From NCBI GenBank assembly GCA_016784145.1, contig JADHVF010000001.1, positions 90,367-154,366 of the forward strand: a DNA stretch of 64,000 nt, read 5' to 3'. Source of the stretch: Patescibacteria group bacterium (lineage in GTDB: Bacteria; Patescibacteriota; Patescibacteriia; UBA2591; UBA6264). The first letter of the stretch is position 1. Each line of letters starts with the position of its first letter. The position numbers and the translations under genes were made by a program. Below are positions 1 to 6,265 of this stretch, in pieces. The notes below the pieces were generated by a model. It was not told the DNA's origin. It ran no database searches and worked only from the letters and a program-made list of their open reading frames with translations.

Positions 1-239
1 TGCTCAACTTTTACTCCGAATGATTCTAATTCTGAAATAGTCCCTTCATCTTTTACTTTTTGACACCAGCCACAAGTGTCAAGATAATAAAAAATCATTT
101 TATTGATTTCACATTGATAAGCTACTGAATTGTTTTGTTTATTTCTTTCAATTTTGTTTCCTCTTGATTGAATGATCATTATTCCTCCTATTATTACTAC
201 AATAGCAATAATAATAAATGATAAATATTTTTTTGACAT
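1..239 (-). CDS. Membrane-anchored thioredoxin/glutaredoxin-fold protein (3' end runs off the window)
   Basis: Hand translation from ATG at 239: MSKKYLSFIIIAIVVIIGGIMII...MIFYYLDTCGWCQKVK. N-terminal TM helix and CxxC (CGWC); lies directly downstream of csoR. Not in the ORF track. Confidence 0.8.
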   Translation of the reverse strand, partial: MSKKYLSFIIIAIVVIIGGIMIIQSRGNKIERNKQNNSVAYQCEINKMIFYYLDTCGWCQKVKDEGTISELESFGVKVE

Positions 240-244
240 ATATT

Positions 245-517
245 TTATTTATTAAATAATTTAGTAACACCAAGGACTTCTTTTGTCATTTGTGTTTTTA
301 GTTTTTCGTTACTTGTCCCCATTGCTTTCTTAAAACAAGTTTTAAGATGGTTTTCCATTAATTTTTGATGAGCTGATTTTAATAGTCCAATAGCAGCTAA
401 ATTTTGTTGCATAATGTTAATGCAATATTCCTTGTTTTCTATCATACTATTAATTTTTGTCATTAGGCCTTGAACCTTTTTAAAATTAACAAGGACTTTC
501 TTTTTTTCATTGGTCAT
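245..517 (-). CDS. csoR: CsoR/RcnR family metal-sensing transcriptional repressor
   Basis: 90 aa helical protein with YCINIMQQ...ENHLKTC (Cys / His-x3-Cys Cu(I) ligand pattern). Confidence 0.85.
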   Translation of the reverse strand: MTNEKKKVLVNFKKVQGLMTKINSMIENKEYCINIMQQNLAAIGLLKSAHQKLMENHLKTCFKKAMGTSNEKLKTQMTKEVLGVTKLFNK

Positions 518-542
518 AATTTTTTATTAAAATATTTATTAA

Positions 543-569
543 AATACCTATACCCATGGTATAGGTATT
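543..569. promoter_or_regulatory. CsoR-type operator (perfect 12-bp inverted repeat)
   Basis: AATACCTATACC-CAT-GGTATAGGTATT between the csoR -10 box and its start codon; TAC(C)...(G)GTA pattern typical of CsoR operators. Confidence 0.8.
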
Positions 570-572
570 ATA

Positions 573-601
573 ATTATATAATCAAACAATTATATAATCA
601 A
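573..601 (-). promoter_or_regulatory. Sigma70-type promoter for csoR
   Basis: TTGATT (601-596), 17 nt, TATAAT (578-573) on the minus strand, just upstream of the operator. Confidence 0.65.
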
Positions 602-611
602 GTAATTTGAT

Positions 612-620
612 TGTGGATAA
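612..620 (-). promoter_or_regulatory. Isolated perfect DnaA box
   Basis: TGTGGATAA is the reverse complement of TTATCCACA. Confidence 0.5.
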
Positions 621-701
621 CTTTTTGTCAGACACATACCATAACAACATTGATAGGCCTTGCTTCTTAATGGGGTGCTTTTCAATGGGATAAGTGACAA
701 A

Positions 702-731
702 AAAAAGCCCTGTTTTTTAACAGGGCTTTTT
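702..731. terminator. Bidirectional intrinsic terminator
   Basis: AAAAAGCCCTGTT-tttt-AACAGGGCTTTTT, just past the stop of ORF 749..1087(-). Confidence 0.85.
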
Positions 732-748
732 ATTTTACGGTTAATTAT

Positions 749-1087
749 TTAATTAACTGCTTGCATGCCTAGATCTGGTTGATTACAATTAATGCAACTT
801 GATCTGTGTCCGCGCCTCATTATGCCGGGGTCAGCACAATCAATGCATTGACCTCTTATTTTGCATATTTCATCAGTCCAGCCAATATGCTTTTCTACAA
901 ATTCAAATGTATCAAGCACTTCATCATTAGTTTCGTCTGAACTTTCTATTTCTACGATTAAGATGGGAATCAATTCGTCGTTATTGCTTGTTTTTAATTC
1001 CTTTGGTATTTGCCAAAGATTAAGCATGGCTTGAATTGTTTCCACGTCTTTTTTGATTTTTTCTATCTCTGTTTTTTCCCGAGGCAT
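749..1087 (-). CDS. Orphan hypothetical protein with two C-terminal CxxC pairs (possible Zn-binding)
   Basis: 112 aa; CIDC...CINC; SD AAGGAG (1099-1094), own promoter and terminator. Confidence 0.7.
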   Translation of the reverse strand: MPREKTEIEKIKKDVETIQAMLNLWQIPKELKTSNNDELIPILIVEIESSDETNDEVLDTFEFVEKHIGWTDEICKIRGQCIDCADPGIMRRGHRSSCINCNQPDLGMQAVN

Positions 1088-1145
1088 TTTTTACTCCTTT
1101 TTTTGTTGTAAGTAACTTATATTACATAAGCATGTATATAAATTT

Positions 1146-1174
1146 ATCTTATCACAAAAAATAAATTTTGTCAA
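1146..1174 (-). promoter_or_regulatory. Sigma70 promoter with extended -10 for the 749..1087 unit
   Basis: TTGACA (1174-1169), 17 nt ending TGA, TAAGAT (1151-1146). Confidence 0.65.
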
Positions 1175-1186
1175 AATAAATTTTTA

Positions 1187-1220
1187 TTGACAAGAGGGCT
1201 TAAAAGTGATATGTTAAGAA
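1187..1220 (+). repeat. 34-bp direct repeat, copy 1; also an intact sigma70 promoter
   Basis: TTGACAAGAGGGCTTAAAAGTGATATGTTAAGAA = TTGACA-N17-TATGTT; 32/34 identical to 4118..4151. Confidence 0.85.
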
Positions 1221-1246
1221 TATATAATAAATCAAAATCATTTTAT

Positions 1247-3001
1247 ATGATAGCCAATAGCAATAATTTTGAATTTAATATCTTGAAAAAGGAAAAAATC
1301 AAAACAAAGGTTTTAAGAGTAGAAAAAATATCAAAATCTTTTAATAATAAAGATCTTTTTAAAGATATTAATTTTACCATGGCTAAAAAACAAAAAAAAG
1401 CTCTTGTTGGAAATAACGGGTCCGGCAAAAGTACTTTATTAAAAATAATGGCAGGGGAAGAAAATTCAGATTTTGGGAGAATTGAGACAAATAATATGAA
1501 AATAGAATATTTGCCACAAGAACTATCAATTAAAAATGATTTAAATTTAAATATTTTAGATTATTTAAAAAAAATAACACATATAATGCAGATAGAAAAA
1601 ACAATGAAAGAATTAGCAGAGGATCTAGCAGATAAAAAAAAATTAAAAGAATACGGAAAATTACAGGAACAGTATGAAAGATTAAATGGATATGACTTTG
1701 AATCAATTGCAGAGATAATCCTATCAGGATTTGGACTAGAGAAATATTTAGATAAAAAAGTAGAAGAGCTAAGTGGAGGAGAGAAATCTAAATTGATGTT
1801 TGTCGGAGCTTTGTTAAGAAGCCCAGACATGTTATTGTTAGATGAACCAACAAGTAATTTGGACTTACAATCAATTATTTGGCTAGAAAACTTTATTAAA
1901 CAAAGTGATATGGCTTGTTTGGTTGTTTCGCATGATAAAATATTTTTAGATAATATTATAGGAGGAACAATTGAAATAGATTCTTATAAAAAAAATATTA
2001 TTGAACAATCTGGTAGTTATTCTGAATTTTTAGAAAGAAAACAAAAAAAAAATGAAAGAGAAAAAAATGAATATAAAAAAGGACAAAAAAAAATTAGTAA
2101 TTTAGAAAAAATTGCTAAAAAGAAAAAACAATGGGCAATACAAGGATCTGGCCAATCTACTAAAGACAAGGATAAATATTTGCGCGGGCACCAAAGAGAT
2201 CGTTCTTCAAAAATGGGGAGCGGAGCAAAAGCTATTGACAGGCAAATTAAAAGAATAAAAGAAACAACGAAACAACCATTTCAAGAAAAAGAATTACAAA
2301 TAAAAATAGAATTTAAAGAAATAAGCACAAAAAATTCAATTCAATTAGATCAACTTAAAGTTGGCTACAAAGATGGGTTTTCATTGGGTCCAATAGATTT
2401 AGATATTAAACACGGAGAAAAGATTGTTTTTGTTGGAGATAATGGAGCTGGTAAAAGTACATTGCTTAAAACAATAGCTCAAAAAATTAAACCAATATCA
2501 GGAAAAATAGAAATAGGCAAGCAATTAAATGTTGGTAATTTTATGCAAAATCATGAAGATTTGCCGTTAGATCAGACAATTTTTTCTTATATTAAAAAAA
2601 ATTCTAATATAAGGGATGATGAAATCCATCGTATATTAAATCATTTTGAATTTCAATCTGATTATATAGATAAAAAAATCAAAAATTTAAGTCCAGGAGA
2701 AAGAACAAAGTTAATTTTAGCAAAGTTTTCAGTAAAAAAAGCGAATGTTTTAATTTTAGATGAACCAACAAATTATCTTGATATTAGAACAATGAAAGCA
2801 ATAGAAATTGCGTTAAAAAATTATGAAGGGACAATTATAATGTCTTCTCATGACCGTTATTTTTTAGAAAAAATAAATCCAGATAAATTTTATTTGGTAG
2901 CAGATAAAAAGGTCAAATATTTATCAGATTATAGTAAACATAGAAAATCAATAAAAAATAAAGTTCAAGGTTTAACTAAAAAAGTACAAAATTTTTTATA
3001 A
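1247..3001 (+). CDS. ABC-F family ribosome-associated ATPase with a long interdomain linker
   Basis: Two ABC domains (GNNGSGKST/LSGGE/LLLDEPT; GDNGAGKST/LSPGE/LILDEPT), no TM. The track start at 1187 (TTG) is the -35 box, so ATG 1247 is preferred. Confidence 0.9.
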   Translation: MIANSNNFEFNILKKEKIKTKVLRVEKISKSFNNKDLFKDINFTMAKKQKKALVGNNGSGKSTLLKIMAGEENSDFGRIETNNMKIEYLPQELSIKNDLNLNILDYLKKITHIMQIEKTMKELAEDLADKKKLKEYGKLQEQYERLNGYDFESIAEIILSGFGLEKYLDKKVEELSGGEKSKLMFVGALLRSPDMLLLDEPTSNLDLQSIIWLENFIKQSDMACLVVSHDKIFLDNIIGGTIEIDSYKKNIIEQSGSYSEFLERKQKKNEREKNEYKKGQKKISNLEKIAKKKKQWAIQGSGQSTKDKDKYLRGHQRDRSSKMGSGAKAIDRQIKRIKETTKQPFQEKELQIKIEFKEISTKNSIQLDQLKVGYKDGFSLGPIDLDIKHGEKIVFVGDNGAGKSTLLKTIAQKIKPISGKIEIGKQLNVGNFMQNHEDLPLDQTIFSYIKKNSNIRDDEIHRILNHFEFQSDYIDKKIKNLSPGERTKLILAKFSVKKANVLILDEPTNYLDIRTMKAIEIALKNYEGTIIMSSHDRYFLEKINPDKFYLVADKKVKYLSDYSKHRKSIKNKVQGLTKKVQNFL

Positions 3002-3168
3002 TTTATTTTTTTAACAAAAATTTAAGCATTGGAGAAATTGTAAAAAAATTAAATAAAAAAAAGAATAATAAAAATCAGAAAAATAAAATTTCTGATTTTT
3101 TAAAACAAGTAAAAAAAGAGTTAGCCACTCCATCTCAAGGAGGTTATCCAATTCTTGACAAAGAGCTT

Positions 3169-4134
3169 ATGGATGCACCGATTGCAATTGAATTACAAAT
3201 TACAGACAAATGTAATTTAAGATGCAAACATTGTTGTCAGGATAATTATTCAAAAATAATGCCCATGAATAAAATCAAAGAAATTTTGAAGATATTATAT
3301 AAAAAAAATGTTTTTGAAATTAGTTTGGTTGGCGGAGAATTATTTACACATCCAAATATTTGGGATATTTTAGATTTGTGTAATAATTATGATTTTGCAA
3401 TTAACATAATAACTAATGCTACATTGTTAGATAATAAATTCATAAAAAAATTAGCAAAATTCAAAAATATTGTATTTTTAGTTAGTTTGGAAGGCGTTCA
3501 CATGGTTAATGACAAGATAAGAGGAATAGGTGTTTTTAAAAAAGTTGATAAAGTTCTTCAAAATTTAAAAAAACATAATATACATGTAGAAATTTCTACA
3601 ACAATAAGTAAAAATAATATTAATAATTATCAAGAGATAATAGATTATAGTAAGTCGTTAGACATTCCTTGTAATTTTAATTTATTTAAACCATTTCATT
3701 GTAGTCAAAAAAATCTTATACTTGATCCAGACAAATATTTTAATTTTGTTCAAGATATTTTTAGTCAAAGATTAAAAAACAAAGCGAAAATTGGGTTAAC
3801 TAATGCAGCAATTGTTTCTTGTTTAATGTGCGAAAAAGATAGAAATGAATGCAGGGCCACATTGTCTGGATTAACAATAAATGTTGATGGAAAAATGGTT
3901 CCATGCCCTTTTTTAAAATTAGCTGGGTATTATAATAATAATATTTTGCCAACCTTTAATAAAAATTTTTTAAATGCATGGAAAAATAATTTTTTATTTA
4001 TGAAATTTCGGGAAGGAAACATTAAAGAATGTCAAGCTCGATCTTATATTTTTAGTAAAAATATAAATGGACTTGATCCATACGGAATTCAAGAGTTCAA
4101 AAAATATTTAAAACAGATTAACAAAAGGGCTTAA
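3169..4134 (+). CDS. Radical SAM protein with SPASM/twitch-like C-terminus
   Basis: CNLRCKHC (CxxxCxxC), GGE motif, C-terminal C...INVDGKMVPC. The frame stays open upstream to 2980, so the start is uncertain. Confidence 0.88.
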   Translation: MDAPIAIELQITDKCNLRCKHCCQDNYSKIMPMNKIKEILKILYKKNVFEISLVGGELFTHPNIWDILDLCNNYDFAINIITNATLLDNKFIKKLAKFKNIVFLVSLEGVHMVNDKIRGIGVFKKVDKVLQNLKKHNIHVEISTTISKNNINNYQEIIDYSKSLDIPCNFNLFKPFHCSQKNLILDPDKYFNFVQDIFSQRLKNKAKIGLTNAAIVSCLMCEKDRNECRATLSGLTINVDGKMVPCPFLKLAGYYNNNILPTFNKNFLNAWKNNFLFMKFREGNIKECQARSYIFSKNINGLDPYGIQEFKKYLKQINKRA

Positions 4135-4151
4135 AAGTGATATGTTAAGAA
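4118..4151 (+). repeat. 34-bp direct repeat, copy 2 (promoter with -35 changed to TTAACA); supplies the rSAM stop codon
   Basis: TTAACAAAAGGGCTTAAAAGTGATATGTTAAGAA; the TAA stop at 4132-4134 lies inside the repeat. Confidence 0.85.
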
Positions 4152-4273
4152 AAGTTCATTGAATTTTTTAATAATAAAAAAAGATGCTGTTATGAAAATA
4201 TAGCGATTATTTGATATTATTGTAATTTTTAACGCAACATTGTTCTTTGTTTTAGAATATGGAGTTCTGGTAA
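4152..4273 (+). pseudogene. Decayed mini-unit remnant
   Basis: GTTCATTGAA at 4154, then ATG AAA ATA TAG followed by a hydrophobic frame (RLFDIIVIFNATLFFVLEYGVLV) running into a terminator. Confidence 0.35.
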
Positions 4274-4306
4274 AAAAATCTCCACAAAATTTTTATGGAG
4301 ATTTTT
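4274..4306. terminator. Intrinsic terminator
   Basis: AAAAATCTCCA...TGGAGATTTTT. Confidence 0.7.
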
Positions 4307-4343
4307 CTTTACTTTATTATAATATTTTTGTTATAATTAAAAC

Positions 4344-5054
4344 ATGTTTTTAAAGAAAGCAAAAAAAGTCAAAGTATTAATAGGGAAATTGATATCTAAA
4401 AGCAAGCAACCTAAAAAAATAAAAATAACAATTTTTAGTTCAGGCATACTTGGCTTAATCGCCCTTGTTTTAATTGTTGGAATGTATTCTAGGATGACAA
4501 CAGAACAAAATGTTATTAATAATAGAATTGATAAATTAGTATTAGAAATAAAAGAATTAAAAAACAGGACAATTACTTCAAGTCAAAAAATATTTAGAGA
4601 ACCAGCCACAATAATAGTTGATAAAAATGGTTTATGGGTTGTAGATCCAGCTGATTGTCCATATTTTGATTTGTCAATTTTCCCAGGGCAAAATTGTAAA
4701 CCAAATCAAATTTGCGGAAAAAGTAATAAAATAGCTCAATGTTACAATATGAATAAATTAATTCCCCCAAAATCAATTGCAATTTCAAATAAAAATTGGG
4801 CAGATTTTTTATATGATAATAAATTAGCCAATGGAGGATTTTTAATTAATTGTTATGCACCCATAGACAATAATGCGCCCTTTTGTGATAATAATGAAAA
4901 ATTTTGGTGTGACAGGAGTGATTTTTGTTACGACCAACAAAAAAGAGAAACTATTTGTTTGCCAGGGGGTTGGGGGAAATTTAAGTGCGGTGATTGTTTA
5001 GATGGATATGAAGATAAATTTGCTTCTGATATTTGTGAAATAAAAGAAAAATAA
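4344..5054 (+). CDS. Membrane-anchored Cys-rich extracellular hypothetical protein
   Basis: Basic N-terminus, one TM helix, short coiled coil, then about 12 Cys. TATAAT ends 6 nt before the ATG. Confidence 0.75.
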   Translation: MFLKKAKKVKVLIGKLISKSKQPKKIKITIFSSGILGLIALVLIVGMYSRMTTEQNVINNRIDKLVLEIKELKNRTITSSQKIFREPATIIVDKNGLWVVDPADCPYFDLSIFPGQNCKPNQICGKSNKIAQCYNMNKLIPPKSIAISNKNWADFLYDNKLANGGFLINCYAPIDNNAPFCDNNEKFWCDRSDFCYDQQKRETICLPGGWGKFKCGDCLDGYEDKFASDICEIKEK

Positions 5055-5081
5055 AAAAGCCCATTTTATATGGGCTTTTTT
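5053..5081. terminator. Bidirectional terminator
   Basis: AAAAAAGCCCAT...ATGGGCTTTTTT between convergent ORFs. Confidence 0.85.
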
Positions 5082-5091
5082 TTAAGAAGAC

Positions 5092-5241
5092 TTACCAATT
5101 CATAAATCTGAGAAATGAGCCGAGAAATAGGCCAAATATAGTTCCACTGAAAAAGGCCATTATTACTACAACTCCTGGAGAAGAGGCATTTTTTATTATT
5201 TCTCTTATGAAAAGGTCAAAATCTGTTTGATTCTGTTTCAT
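5092..5241 (-). CDS. 49-aa single-TM small protein (not in the ORF track)
   Basis: MKQNQTDFDLFIREIIKNASSPGVVVIMAFFSGTIFGLFLGSFLRFMNW; GGAGG SD; promoter TTGACA(5305-5300)-N17-TATTAT; terminator downstream. Confidence 0.7.
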   Translation of the reverse strand: MKQNQTDFDLFIREIIKNASSPGVVVIMAFFSGTIFGLFLGSFLRFMNW

Positions 5242-5353
5242 TTTTTCCTCCGTTGATTGATTTTAAAGATGGCTTAATAATATCAATTATATTGTTTTTT
5301 GTCAAGATTGACGAGTATTTACTTTAAGCATAATATTCTTTATAATATTTAAC

Positions 5354-5755
5354 ATGATAATTAGTTCAAAAAAGTTTGGCAAGATTTTAGTGGTAATGGT
5401 GGCTATTTTTTTGATGTTTAATTATTCTAATTTAATTTCTAATAAAAATAATGAGCAAACACAAGTAAATTCAAATAAAAATAATGGGGAGGCAAGATTA
5501 AATGTGGCTGGGAAAATTTTAGGAGAAAATATTGAAATAGGTGGCATTAGAATAACTGATAATCCAGGCATAAATAAAGTTTTGACTGACTTAGATGGAA
5601 CTGGCACTGGCGTGTGGAAAGAAGTTGATGAGATAAAGATAACTCAACAAAAAATTGATGACAGGATTATAAATATTTTGATTATATTTTTGTCTACTTG
5701 TTTAGTGCTCTATCTCTTAAAAGATAGACAAAATAATAATAGATTTAAATTTTAA
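5354..5755 (+). CDS. Hypothetical membrane protein (two hydrophobic segments around a fibre-like motif)
   Basis: 133 aa; N- and C-terminal hydrophobic helices; internal RLNVAG...IRITDNPGINKVLTD...GVW. Confidence 0.7.
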   Translation: MIISSKKFGKILVVMVAIFLMFNYSNLISNKNNEQTQVNSNKNNGEARLNVAGKILGENIEIGGIRITDNPGINKVLTDLDGTGTGVWKEVDEIKITQQKIDDRIINILIIFLSTCLVLYLLKDRQNNNRFKF

Positions 5756-5757
5756 TT

Positions 5758-6255
5758 ATGCCTGAATTAAATAAGGAAAAAAAAATAGAGTCGGTTATAA
5801 AACCAGCCCCAGAAGGATTAAAAACATCTAAAACAGAATCCTTCCCAATTCCCGAAACAGAAACCAATGAACAATCAGAATCTGTTCCTCAAGCAGAACA
5901 TCCTCAAACCCCTATTCAATCAATTCAGCCAACTGTTCCTCAACAACCAGTTGAAGTAGTAGACAAGTCAGTTAGGTTGAAAAAGATTGAAGACATTTTA
6001 GCTGATGGAGTGGACTTGATTTATGATGAATTGCCAAATGATGTTAAAAAAGAATTTAAAAAGCAAGGAGAGGAAACAGCTTTTAAGATTGATGAAATTA
6101 TTTCAAAAACCAAAATAGCTATTTATAAAATCATTGGACTTATTAAAAAATGGTTAATAATTATCCCAGGAGTTAATAAGTTTTTTTTAGAACAAGAAAC
6201 AAAAATTAAAACAGAAAAAATATTAGAATTTGCTGACAAGTATAAAAAAGAATAA
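5758..6255 (+). CDS. Hypothetical protein (Pro/Glu/Gln-rich N-terminus, helical C-terminus) upstream of the coupling ATPase
   Basis: 165 aa; C-terminal WLIIIPGVNKFFLEQETKIK; tight spacing with the next gene. Confidence 0.75.
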   Translation: MPELNKEKKIESVIKPAPEGLKTSKTESFPIPETETNEQSESVPQAEHPQTPIQSIQPTVPQQPVEVVDKSVRLKKIEDILADGVDLIYDELPNDVKKEFKKQGEETAFKIDEIISKTKIAIYKIIGLIKKWLIIIPGVNKFFLEQETKIKTEKILEFADKYKKE

Positions 6256-6265
6256 ATATATTAAA

